Virus record (IMG/VR): IMGVR_UViG_3300036939_000023
Location: 1-64,000 of that record
From: a virus
Length of the DNA stretch: 64,000 nt
Reading direction: 5' to 3' (one strand)
How positions within the stretch are numbered: position 1 is the stretch's first letter; each line of letters begins with the position of its first letter. The translations under genes were made by a program, and so were the position numbers. The notes beneath the pieces are model-generated. The model saw only the letters and a list, made by a program, of their open reading frames with translations, did no database searches and was not told where the DNA came from. Shown in pieces: positions 54,250 to 62,619 of this stretch.

Positions 54250-54491
54250 TTACCAAATTCCTTATCAAACATTTCATCAAATGTACTATTAGCTTTATCT
54301 ATACCTAGTTGCTGTAACTTCTTTCTATTAGCTTCATGATTAAGTAGATTAATGTAATGTTCTACTGCTTCTCTAACAAATTCAGATTTAGATTTATTAT
54401 GTTCAGTACAATAACTAATTATAAAATTATCTAATGTTTCAGATATTCTGCTATTAATTATTCTTATATATTCAGGAGACTTGATTCTCAT
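54246..54491 (-). CDS. ribbon-helix-helix (CopG/Arc-like) regulator candidate
   Basis: RISETLDNFIISYCTEHNKSKSEFVREAVEHYINLL. First gene of a minus-strand operon at a divergent junction. Confidence 0.5.
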   Translation of the reverse strand: MRIKSPEYIRIINSRISETLDNFIISYCTEHNKSKSEFVREAVEHYINLLNHEANRKKLQQLGIDKANSTFDEMFDKEFGK

Positions 54492-54556
54492 TACTTTTGT
54501 ATACTACGTGTTAAAATAATAAGTAATCAATAAGAGACATTGCAAAGATTACTTAT

Positions 54557-55015
54557 ATGACTAATACTAACACAATATCTGAATTTGTATATTTCATATT
54601 AAATGAAGATTTGATGCATATGAAAATTGGATATAGTAAAGAACCTAATAACAGATTAAAGACATTACAAACAGCTACTTCTTCTAAGCTAAAGCTATTG
54701 TTTGCATTAGGAGGAAGTAAAAAATTAGAAACACTGTTACATAAAGAATTTAGTTTATCTAATATTAGAAATGAATGGTTTGTGTGTGATGACAATTTTT
54801 TTCATATGCTTATTAAATTACTTGATAATAAATTGGATCATGTAATTTGGTATATTACATCACAAGAACTAAATACTTTTTTTAAAGTTTTTCTTATTCA
54901 ACAGGAAAAACAACTAAAAGAAGCACTAAATAAAATAGCTAATTTAGAATCTCAATTAGAAGAGTATAAACCTAAAGTTGTAGTAGTACCTAAAGAAGCT
55001 AAATGTCCTTTGTAA
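54557..55015 (+). CDS. T5orf172 / GIY-YIG-superfamily domain protein
   Basis: FVYFILNEDLMHMKIGYSKEPNNRLKTLQTATSSKLKLL....LETLLHKEFSLSNIRNEWF. Confidence 0.65.
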   Translation: MTNTNTISEFVYFILNEDLMHMKIGYSKEPNNRLKTLQTATSSKLKLLFALGGSKKLETLLHKEFSLSNIRNEWFVCDDNFFHMLIKLLDNKLDHVIWYITSQELNTFFKVFLIQQEKQLKEALNKIANLESQLEEYKPKVVVVPKEAKCPL

Positions 55016-55020
55016 TCTAA

Positions 55021-55302
55021 CTATTCATGCTTTTCCCATATAAAATTAGGCCAACTATTTAAAATAAATTCAATAAAATTATCTTTACTCATATTGTTAA
55101 TACAATACTCTAGTACATCACCTAACTTATCAAACTCTAATATTGTCCAACCAAATGGATTACTATCTGCTTCATCTGTACTTACACCACTAGCTACTAA
55201 TCTGTTGTATACTTCTCTAGGTGTTTCTGGTTTGTTGTAACTAGTAAACAAGTTAGTTTCAATACCAATAGGTCTATCATGTACTTTTAGGTACCACTTC
55301 AT
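55021..55302 (-). CDS. hypothetical protein
   Basis: Track ORF. Confidence 0.55.
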   Translation of the reverse strand: MKWYLKVHDRPIGIETNLFTSYNKPETPREVYNRLVASGVSTDEADSNPFGWTILEFDKLGDVLEYCINNMSKDNFIEFILNSWPNFIWEKHE

Positions 55303-55541
55303 TTGTTATATTTCCTTAGTAATTCAAAAGCTAATTCTTCAGTAATTGGCACTTCTTGTCTAATAATATCTTCATGATCTCCATTATGATAATTAGCATC
55401 ATAAGCATATACTTCAATTACAAACTTATCTTTGTTATAAGTTAAATAACAATATTGACGTTTTAATTTACGAGCTATACCACTACCATTCAACTGAGTA
55501 CGATTAGGTACTTTACTATATCTCAGTAAGTTAATGTACAT
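55299..55541 (-). CDS. hypothetical protein
   Basis: Track ORF. Confidence 0.55.
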   Translation of the reverse strand: MYINLLRYSKVPNRTQLNGSGIARKLKRQYCYLTYNKDKFVIEVYAYDANYHNGDHEDIIRQEVPITEELAFELLRKYNK

Positions 55542-55575
55542 AATTTATAATTTAACTAAATAACTATAATTAATT

Positions 55576-56199
55576 ATGCTAAAACAAATTATCTCTTACA
55601 TGGAAGCTAAAGGTTATAAAGTATTTAAAGGTAATAACGAATTCAACATTATCTACATTGAAGGAGTTGAACCAGATACTTTTAAACTAAATAACGATGC
55701 AGCTAATACATGGAATGACACTAGAAATGTAATTAGCTTTGTTAATGATGAACCAGTACTAAATCTAAGTAACTTAGCTACTACTGAACCTGGGAGCTAT
55801 TACACAGAACGTCCACTAAATAAAAATGGATGTGCAAGGATTAAATTCGGTCAATATACAGCTTGGAAATTAGGCATACATGGCAATAGTGAACCTCATG
55901 AAGCATTAGTACAAGTAGCTCCAGTAACAGTATGCAGGGATAGAAACAAAGATGGTTATAGAACAAATGATAAAGAAGATACTGGTGTGTTCGGAATAAA
56001 TCAGCACTACGGATTTGATCTAGCTAATGTTGACAGAGCCTCTGCTGGCTGTTTAGTAGGTAGAAGTAGAAATAGTCATAGAGCATTCATAAAGCTGCTT
56101 AAAACTGATTCTAGGTACCTTAGAGACAATAATTATATATTTACTACAACTATTATTGATGGTACTGATTTAGTAAACTGGTCAAGTAGTTGTAAGTAG
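55576..56199 (+). CDS. cell-wall hydrolase candidate (YkuD / L,D-transpeptidase-like catalytic motif)
   Basis: GINQHYGFDLANVDRASAGCLVGRS resembles the H-x(13-17)-S-x-G-C active site of the YkuD fold. Lone + strand gene. Confidence 0.4.
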   Translation: MLKQIISYMEAKGYKVFKGNNEFNIIYIEGVEPDTFKLNNDAANTWNDTRNVISFVNDEPVLNLSNLATTEPGSYYTERPLNKNGCARIKFGQYTAWKLGIHGNSEPHEALVQVAPVTVCRDRNKDGYRTNDKEDTGVFGINQHYGFDLANVDRASAGCLVGRSRNSHRAFIKLLKTDSRYLRDNNYIFTTTIIDGTDLVNWSSSCK

Positions 56200-56338
56200 T
56201 ATCAATAGTTAAGTTAACAAAGTATCTGTTGTTAGTACTAATTGTGTATCTATCATCTTCAATTAAGTAATCTGTAATTAACTGTTGTTCTTTAGCTTTA
56301 ATTAGTAATGTATTAACAGTATCTTGTTTAATAGTCAT
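56153..56338 (-). CDS. hypothetical protein
   Basis: Track ORF; its 3' end overlaps the convergent + gene. Confidence 0.45.
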   Translation of the reverse strand: MTIKQDTVNTLLIKAKEQQLITDYLIEDDRYTISTNNRYFVNLTIDTTYNYLTSLLNQYHQ

Positions 56339-56462
56339 TCTTCTTATTGATACAGTAATTGTAAAATCTCTTGTTACTAATGTGCTTGTAGTAGTTAATA
56401 TAAAAGTTAACTAACAACTTAGCTAATTTAGCTCTAGTAATATCATCTATTTTAAGTTTCAT
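56328..56462 (-). CDS. hypothetical protein, 44 aa
   Basis: Hand-translated base by base: MKLKIDDITRAKLAKLLVNFYINYYKHISNKRFYNYCINKKNDY. Confidence 0.35.
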   Translation of the reverse strand: MKLKIDDITRAKLAKLLVNFYINYYKHISNKRFYNYCINKKNDY

Positions 56463-56638
56463 ATACTTATATTTAAATCATTACTTAATGCATTAGCACT
56501 AGCTACTAAATATTCACTATAACTATTTAGTATCTCACTAACTGCCTTATCATCGTATTCTTTATGTGTTAGTAGATAATCACTTAGTTGTTGGTATGTT
56601 AAGTGATTAGTAATAGCGTAGTTAATTATAGTATCCAT
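56459..56638 (-). CDS. hypothetical protein, 59 aa
   Basis: Hand-translated: MDTIINYAITNHLTYQQLSDYLLTHKEYDDK... Confidence 0.4.
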   Translation of the reverse strand: MDTIINYAITNHLTYQQLSDYLLTHKEYDDKAVSEILNSYSEYLVASANALSNDLNISI

Positions 56639-56641
56639 TAG

Positions 56642-56791
56642 TTAATTAAGATAAAGCATCTTAAGTGTAATTAGTAATAACAATAATAACTTAAACCTTT
56701 CTCTATTAAAGTAGTTACCTAATACTAAGATAAAACTAGCAATTAGTAAAAGACTAGTTAATGTATTTACTGCAAATAGTGTAGTTGTCAT
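56642..56791 (-). CDS. 49-aa two-TM mini membrane protein (paralogue set)
   Basis: MTTTLFAVNTLTSLLLIASFILVLGNYFNRERFKLLLLLLITLKMLYLN. Confidence 0.45.
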   Translation of the reverse strand: MTTTLFAVNTLTSLLLIASFILVLGNYFNRERFKLLLLLLITLKMLYLN

Positions 56792-56793
56792 AA

Positions 56794-57048
56794 TTAAGTA
56801 AATATAGTAATTAGTGTATTAGTTAGCTTCTCTAGTACTTTAATATAAGTATCTAAATTTTTATGTTGTACTAAGATATCTAATCTATTTACTTCTTCTA
56901 ATCGTTGTAAATGATAATGCCTAATTATTGGTAGCACATTATTTTCATGTGTAGATTCAAATAAGCAATACTGCATAACTTTATCAGTGCATTTATCTCT
57001 AATAGCTTTAAGTATTAGTAAGGTAGTTGGTAAATCTTGTTGTTCCAT
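56794..57048 (-). CDS. hypothetical protein
   Basis: Track ORF. Confidence 0.55.
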   Translation of the reverse strand: MEQQDLPTTLLILKAIRDKCTDKVMQYCLFESTHENNVLPIIRHYHLQRLEEVNRLDILVQHKNLDTYIKVLEKLTNTLITIFT

Positions 57049-57049
57049 A

Positions 57050-57250
57050 TTAAGTAAACACTTCTAATAGTTTCTTTAGTGCTTTAAGATTATTTGCTTG
57101 AATTGTAATAGTAGTGCCATTAATATTTTTTACTGAATAACTAACATCTCTAATATTATTTAATTTAAGTACTATGTCATTAAGAGCTTCAACTGTATCT
57201 GGATTTACATACAAGTTTGCACTAGATAAATAGAAATGTTGTTTATGCAT
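57050..57250 (-). CDS. hypothetical protein
   Basis: Track ORF. Confidence 0.55.
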   Translation of the reverse strand: MHKQHFYLSSANLYVNPDTVEALNDIVLKLNNIRDVSYSVKNINGTTITIQANNLKALKKLLEVFT

Positions 57251-57399
57251 TAGTTTAATGACACTAATTTAATAGTAATTAAAAATAAACAAGTTAATTT
57301 AAACAGTTCATTAACATTAAATTTAGTGTACTTAAAGTTATAAATTACTACTATTAAATAAGTAAGATCTAATAGTAATAGTGTTATTGTGTTTAGCAT
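57250..57399 (-). CDS. 49-aa two-TM mini membrane protein (paralogue set)
   Basis: MLNTITLLLLDLTYLIVVIYNFKYTKFNVNELFKLTCLFLITIKLVSLN. TAATG overlaps at both ends. Confidence 0.45.
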   Translation of the reverse strand: MLNTITLLLLDLTYLIVVIYNFKYTKFNVNELFKLTCLFLITIKLVSLN

Positions 57400-57959
57400 T
57401 ATTTCCAATCAGTAATAAAATCAAATGGACAATCAATACTTAACTGTTTCCAGCTATAATTCTTGTTCCATATAAACCAAGCTACTGTAACACTATCTGA
57501 ACCTGTTGTATCATCTCTAAATTTAGGACGTGGGCTTATTGGTATCACTTTAACTAAATTGTCCTTATAAGCATTTAACAAGTCTCTACGGCTTTTACAA
57601 GGTTCAATGAAGCTTAATCGTAATAGCATTATCACTTCATCTGCAACTTCCAATGAATTAGCTAATATTTGTTCAGCTACATTAAATGGAGGATTAGTTA
57701 TCACAATATCACAATGTCTTTTAAATATATTTACTACACTTTTATCTGTAAAATCATATAAATAAGTACTATTAGTATTTGGATCTATATCATTAGTTAC
57801 TACTGAATATTCTTGTTTTAAGTAATGACTAATATATCCTTTACCATTACAAGGTTCTAATATTACTTTATTTGTACTAACTGGATACTTAATTAGTAAT
57901 TGTTCTACTAATTTAGAGTTAGTATAATAAGCGTCTAATTTGTTACGGCTTCTAATCAT
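57399..57959 (-). CDS. DNA N6-adenine methyltransferase
   Basis: Motif I-like ILEPCNGKGY and motif IV DIVITNPPFN. Confidence 0.7.
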   Translation of the reverse strand: MIRSRNKLDAYYTNSKLVEQLLIKYPVSTNKVILEPCNGKGYISHYLKQEYSVVTNDIDPNTNSTYLYDFTDKSVVNIFKRHCDIVITNPPFNVAEQILANSLEVADEVIMLLRLSFIEPCKSRRDLLNAYKDNLVKVIPISPRPKFRDDTTGSDSVTVAWFIWNKNYSWKQLSIDCPFDFITDWK

Positions 57960-58095
57960 TATTTAATAAGTTAATAACAATAACATATAAACAACTACAC
58001 ATAAATATCTCAATAGCATTATTACTAGTAAAGTTACTAATAGCTAAGTAAATAAGATTACAACTTAGTAATATTTTAATTACAGTATTTGTCAT
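57952..58095 (-). CDS. 47-aa two-TM mini membrane protein
   Basis: MTNTVIKILLSCNLIYLAISNFTSNNAIEIFMCSCLYVIVINLLNND. Confidence 0.4.
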   Translation of the reverse strand: MTNTVIKILLSCNLIYLAISNFTSNNAIEIFMCSCLYVIVINLLNND

Positions 58096-58265
58096 CTAAA
58101 TATAAAAATAATATTTAGTAGTGTATTTAGTAATAGTATTAAGTAAATGTAAGTAATATGCTTATTTAACTTATTAATTTTTATATTAATAAAACTAAGC
58201 TTAATATCTAATTCATTAATACTTTTACCTAATGTAGTTGCTAAAGTATCTAATAACTGTTGCAT
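58092..58265 (-). CDS. 57-aa protein with C-terminal TM segment
   Basis: MQQLLDTLATTLGKS...HITYIYLILLLNTLLNIIFIFR; ATGA overlap downstream. Confidence 0.4.
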   Translation of the reverse strand: MQQLLDTLATTLGKSINELDIKLSFINIKINKLNKHITYIYLILLLNTLLNIIFIFR

Positions 58266-58301
58266 TAGTGTTACTGCAATAAGAGTAATTATATTAATAA
58301 G

Positions 58302-58433
58302 TTACTTAATTCTATCTTTTAAGTACTGTTGATAATCTTGCAGTAAATGCTTATCTGCTAAGTACTGATACATTGAACTAGCTAAACGAATTAAGTAGAT
58401 ATTGTTTAGTAACTTAAATTCTCTTTCAATCAT
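58302..58433 (-). CDS. hypothetical protein, 43 aa
   Basis: Hand-translated: MIEREFKLLNNIYLIRLASSMYQYLADKHLLQDYQQYLKDRIK. Confidence 0.3.
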   Translation of the reverse strand: MIEREFKLLNNIYLIRLASSMYQYLADKHLLQDYQQYLKDRIK

Positions 58434-58607
58434 TGTTTTATTAGTGTAGTTTGAATGTAGTGAAAATAATTATAAATAGTTAATTAATCACTTAATAATG
58501 AAAAAATTAACATTGATAAACATGTTAGTAAAACACCTAAACAAATACCAACTACTAATGGAGAATCAATCATAATGTTGTTATAACAAGATAACTATAT
58601 AACAGAT

Positions 58608-59135
58608 TTAAATTACATGATATACATCATTATCATCTATAGATATTTTATTAAGCTGTAGTAATTTATCTAATGACTTAACTATTGCTCTAGCAGTATA
58701 GATACTTCTAAATGCTTCAAATATATGATCTTCCCAATAACCACTATCTACATTAAGTAATTTAAGAACATCTTTATCTACCTCATTAAGTTCTGTATTA
58801 TCTACTTCTACTAAAACTGGAGTGTTTCGTTTACTTTGAATATAAGCAGCAAATAAACAAAGGTAATTAGCACCATCGATACAAGCATCTGTTACTGTTT
58901 CTTCAGCTACTTCTAATACTCCTTTCTGAACAAAACTAATAATTCTACTAACTTTATCTAGCAATCTAACTAGAAAACCTTGCTCAGTACTACAAATACC
59001 TAACTGTTCTGTTTTTTCAAAATTAGAGAAAGGAGATGGATTTGTACCTGTATAATCACTATTCTTCTTAGCTGTAATTTCAATCATTTGATTACAGAAG
59101 TTTTTATGAAACTCTAAGTATTCTTGTTTGTTCAT
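58608..59135 (-). CDS. DUF1599-like (all-alpha NTP-PPase superfamily) protein
   Basis: ITAKKNSDYTG...FSNF.....G......GFLVRLLDKVSRIISF. Confidence 0.45.
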   Translation of the reverse strand: MNKQEYLEFHKNFCNQMIEITAKKNSDYTGTNPSPFSNFEKTEQLGICSTEQGFLVRLLDKVSRIISFVQKGVLEVAEETVTDACIDGANYLCLFAAYIQSKRNTPVLVEVDNTELNEVDKDVLKLLNVDSGYWEDHIFEAFRSIYTARAIVKSLDKLLQLNKISIDDNDVYHVI

Positions 59136-59228
59136 TAGTATTACTTACTTAAAATAATTATATTAATGTTAATTACTTAATACTTATCTCTTAACTTAAG
59201 TAATTCTTTAACTAGCTCTTGTTTATCG

Positions 59229-59624
59229 TTAGTCATGTAATTCCTTAAACTCTAAGTACAATTGTTCTAATGTATTTAGCTCTTCTGCTGTTAATCTTTG
59301 TCCACCATGTCTAGTAAATAGTTGCTTATTAGTTAAAATATGTTTAATCTTTTTATAGTTATATTCATTAAGTAAATAAGTACAACTATCTAACTGTTCT
59401 AGTAATGCTACTAATCTATTGTTGTATAAGTGATAAGACTTAGTGCTATGAAAGTAATCAAATAAATAATCTAATTTAATATCAATAACTAATTCATCTA
59501 AGCTCTGTACTCTTAAGTCTTTAGCTTTAATACTTAGTTCTAATCTATAATGTTGTTTATCTCTTCTAAGTGTTAATTTACCAACTTCATTGATGATTAG
59601 TGTTAACAGTTTAAGATCAAGCAT
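59229..59624 (-). CDS. hypothetical protein
   Basis: Track ORF. Confidence 0.55.
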   Translation of the reverse strand: MLDLKLLTLIINEVGKLTLRRDKQHYRLELSIKAKDLRVQSLDELVIDIKLDYLFDYFHSTKSYHLYNNRLVALLEQLDSCTYLLNEYNYKKIKHILTNKQLFTRHGGQRLTAEELNTLEQLYLEFKELHD

Positions 59625-59661
59625 GTTAGTATTAAAATTTAGTAAATAGATAAATATAATT

Positions 59662-60279
59662 ATGCCAACTGCAATCGTTAAAATACCAAAACAAAATCAA
59701 AGTACAGACGTAACTGTAGGTTTTGCATTCGATAGTCTTGTAGTAAGTGGAACATCGGCTGTGACTAGTGTTTACGCAACTTTGACTCCACCTCCTCTTA
59801 CAATAGCTAATGTAACTGTAACTGCTGGAACTTCAGGTACAAGTACATTAACAACTACTACAGTTAATGGTTTTCTTTATGTGCCTATCGGGGCAACAAT
59901 TACGTTAAGTACTGCTGGAGGAGCTACATTACCTGCAAGTTCAGTTGTAACTGCTAAACCAAACAATACAACCTTAATCATCAATAAGGTTGCTACAGCT
60001 AACAGTACAAGTGCAGGAAGTTCTACTATCCTTGCCACTATTCCTGCTGCTACAGTAGCTCTAGCTAAAGTACAGATCAACTTAAATGGGACAGGTTCAT
60101 CTACTTGGGTTCCGGCTGTTAAAACAAGTTACTATGACGGATCTGTAAGTAATGCATCTGCTAATGAAGGTAATGCCACTGAAACTCAAACAAGTACTAA
60201 GAGTATAAATATGCCTGCATTCTTAGCTAAAGTTGGGTTAGCCCCTACCGATAGTTCTACTCTTGATGTAAGTGCTTAA
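59662..60279 (+). CDS. Thr/Ala/Ser/Gly-rich protein, structural-type composition (lone + gene)
   Basis: Composition and C-richer codon usage resemble the capsid-accessory (3996) and major tail (20072) genes. Confidence 0.55.
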   Translation: MPTAIVKIPKQNQSTDVTVGFAFDSLVVSGTSAVTSVYATLTPPPLTIANVTVTAGTSGTSTLTTTTVNGFLYVPIGATITLSTAGGATLPASSVVTAKPNNTTLIINKVATANSTSAGSSTILATIPAATVALAKVQINLNGTGSSTWVPAVKTSYYDGSVSNASANEGNATETQTSTKSINMPAFLAKVGLAPTDSSTLDVSA

Positions 60280-60483
60280 TTAAATTTCAGTACTACTAAC
60301 ATCGATAGTATTTAAATAGTTTTGATTATAATATCCACTCATACTATTAAACTCATTTAACACATTGTACTTATTCATTACCATTACTGCAATTGCAAAA
60401 CTTACATATAACTGCTGTTCAGTAATCTTTTGTTGTTTAAAATTACTAACATAAGTATCTACTTCATTAACAAAATCATTCAT
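60280..60483 (-). CDS. hypothetical protein
   Basis: Track ORF. Confidence 0.5.
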   Translation of the reverse strand: MNDFVNEVDTYVSNFKQQKITEQQLYVSFAIAVMVMNKYNVLNEFNSMSGYYNQNYLNTIDVSSTEI

Positions 60484-60499
60484 AATTACATAAATTTAA

Positions 60500-60529
60500 A
60501 GCTCCCTAATGCATTAACACTAAGGAGCT
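60500..60529 (-). terminator. weak terminator-like hairpin
   Basis: AGCTCC / GGAGCT arms with an 18-nt loop, followed on the minus strand by TTTAAATTTA. Confidence 0.3.
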
Positions 60530-60545
60530 AATTATTGTTTACTTG

Positions 60546-60674
60546 TTATCGAAGTTGCTGCAAAAGCTGTTCCACTTCACTCACTTTAGATTTAAGTTGT
60601 TCATTCTCTGGATCTACTTGTTGTACTTCAGCTAGTTTCTCAGTAATTTGAGAGATGATTTGTTCCTTATCCAT
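60546..60674 (-). CDS. hypothetical coiled-coil protein, 42 aa
   Basis: Hand-translated: MDKEQIISQITEKLAEVQQVDPENEQLKSKVSEVEQLLQQLR. Confidence 0.4.
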   Translation of the reverse strand: MDKEQIISQITEKLAEVQQVDPENEQLKSKVSEVEQLLQQLR

Positions 60675-60735
60675 TGTTGTCTAGTTAACTCTACACGTAT
60701 AAGGTTAGTAGTTAAGTACATAATTTACATCTAAC

Positions 60736-60969
60736 TTAAGTAACATCCTTGTTTACTACTTTAGATTTATAGAAACTAATTAACTGTAATGCTCTGTTCT
60801 CTAGTTTATGTTTATCAATTAAGTAACTAAGTACTGCATAACCTAATTCAAAATCATCTTTATTAATACTACTAATTCTTATGCTATTAAGATTAGCAGT
60901 TACTTCTTTAATGAATTCTTCTTGTAATTCTGTATTTGTTTCGTAAAATTCAATCATATTTAACTGCAT
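60736..60969 (-). CDS. hypothetical protein
   Basis: Track ORF. Confidence 0.55.
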   Translation of the reverse strand: MQLNMIEFYETNTELQEEFIKEVTANLNSIRISSINKDDFELGYAVLSYLIDKHKLENRALQLISFYKSKVVNKDVT

Positions 60970-61288
60970 AATTGTTGGTTAGTAAATAGTCATTAATGTT
61001 TACTTGATCTACTCGTGATAACTCGTTTATCAAATAAACTTCAGCTAAGTATCTACCGTATTTATCCTTAGAATCCTTAGTAGTCTTAATAGTAACTACT
61101 TTATTTAGTAGTAGTTTAGTGAGTATGTCTTTAACTGTTTTACCCGATTCAGTATTAGTTTCAGCAGTATTTATCCTAGCTAATCTTACTTTTTGATTAT
61201 TGTAAGTAATACCAAATCCTAAATCTATGTTTAGTACTAAAGTATCTCCATCAACTACTTTAGTTACTGTAGCTTTGTATTCGTACAT
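60950..61288 (-). CDS. staphylococcal-nuclease (SNase/thermonuclease)-like protein
   Basis: VTKVVDGDTLVL....VRLARINTAE....DKYGRYLAEVY. Confidence 0.75.
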   Translation of the reverse strand: MYEYKATVTKVVDGDTLVLNIDLGFGITYNNQKVRLARINTAETNTESGKTVKDILTKLLLNKVVTIKTTKDSKDKYGRYLAEVYLINELSRVDQVNINDYLLTNNYAVKYD

Positions 61289-62104
61289 TTATAACTTCTT
61301 ATAATTATTATTTTTAATTAACTTAAATACATTAAACTTCTCTAGAACTAATCTATCTAATAGATGAATATTATAAGCATCTTCAAAGTTAAACAATGAT
61401 TTAGATATAATAGGACATTCCTTAATAAGGTAATCTCTAATAGCTTCACATACTAATCTAGTTTCTTTTTGAGCTGTTTTATGTAATCTTACATTTAATG
61501 TAGTAATCCATTCTCTTAAAGTACCGTTAAAGATAATCTTAGTAGTAGCACATTCAGGTAGAAGCATACGACTAGTTTCCCTACTAACATTCCATTCTAA
61601 GCAACGTTCATAAGTATACTCAATTTGCTCAAGTAACATCTTAGCTTCTTCTGTAACTTCAGCTAATCTTACATTTGTACTAGTATCAAAATAAGTTTCA
61701 AATTCAAAATAATCAGTGTTTGTGTCTTTATAAACTTTAGCTAATACTTCTTCACTACTTTGTCTGTTATTTTTAGATTGTTTTCTTAACTCTACTTCTT
61801 CAAAACTAAGTATTTCTGCATAACGTTGACTTAGTTCTTGTGGCTTTAATGTCCAGTGTCTTAGTAATTGCCTTGCTACTGCTCTACTAGTTTCTATTTC
61901 AAATACTAAGTTAGTAGTAGTAAATACACTCCAATGACCATTTAAGATACAATGTCTCAGTAACTTTTCTGGTTCATCAAATAATTCATTAATTTCTCTA
62001 GATGAACTTAATCTAGCAATACCAACTGTAATTTCATCTAATGATTTATTTTCATATTCAGTATCTACATAACCAGTTGTCTTTGCAATAAGTCTTACAA
62101 ACAT
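61289..62104 (-). CDS. thyX: flavin-dependent thymidylate synthase ThyX-like (divergent signature)
   Basis: SRAVARQLLRHWTLKPQELSQRY (canonical RHRxxSxxxxSxR appears as RHW....K....SQRY) and NGTLREWITTLNVRLHKTAQKETR. Confidence 0.7.
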   Translation of the reverse strand: MFVRLIAKTTGYVDTEYENKSLDEITVGIARLSSSREINELFDEPEKLLRHCILNGHWSVFTTTNLVFEIETSRAVARQLLRHWTLKPQELSQRYAEILSFEEVELRKQSKNNRQSSEEVLAKVYKDTNTDYFEFETYFDTSTNVRLAEVTEEAKMLLEQIEYTYERCLEWNVSRETSRMLLPECATTKIIFNGTLREWITTLNVRLHKTAQKETRLVCEAIRDYLIKECPIISKSLFNFEDAYNIHLLDRLVLEKFNVFKLIKNNNYKKL

Positions 62105-62138
62105 AGTTCTAATTAAATAAAATAATTATAATTAAGTA

Positions 62139-62603
62139 TTAATTTAGTCCAGTACTACCAAATCCATTACTGCTTCTAACTCTTTCTTCTAATTCTTCTA
62201 CTTCAACTATATCTGGTAAATACACTTTTTGTACTACTAATTGAGCTATTTTCTGTCCACTTTTAAATTCCATCACTTCATTACTTAAATTAATTAGTAT
62301 TACTTTAAGTTCACCCGTATAGCTATTATCAATAGTTCCTAAAGCTACATATAATCCTTTAGCACTTAATCCACTTTTAGGTCTGATAGTACATTCATAA
62401 ACATATCTATGCAAACTAGTTTCAGACTGTTCCCAAAAATTAGGTTTAGGTAGTTGCACTGCTATTCCTGTACTAGCTAGATGCCTCTGTAATGGCTGTA
62501 ATACTACTTCTTCATCTAAGTATAGGTCAAGACCACTATCTGTGTTGTAGGCTCTTGTAGGTGTTTTTGCTGTAGGTGTAAGTTTCTTTACTTTAATCTG
62601 CAT
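62139..62603 (-). CDS. dut: dUTPase
   Basis: DSGLDLY, RPKSGLS, GTIDNSYTGE, C-terminal RSSNGFGSTG. Confidence 0.85.
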   Translation of the reverse strand: MQIKVKKLTPTAKTPTRAYNTDSGLDLYLDEEVVLQPLQRHLASTGIAVQLPKPNFWEQSETSLHRYVYECTIRPKSGLSAKGLYVALGTIDNSYTGELKVILINLSNEVMEFKSGQKIAQLVVQKVYLPDIVEVEELEERVRSSNGFGSTGLN

Positions 62604-62619
62604 CTGTATGGCTCTGTAA
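62604..62619 (-). promoter_or_regulatory. conserved 5' leader motif copy E (TTACAGAGCCATACAG-ATG)
   Basis: 15 of 16 nt identical to 19079-19094. Directly abuts the dUTPase ATG. Confidence 0.4.

Noticed and set aside
54553-54795. Minus-strand 80-aa ORF overlapping the T5orf172 gene
   Set aside because: The + strand product has a recognisable conserved domain; the antisense product does not.
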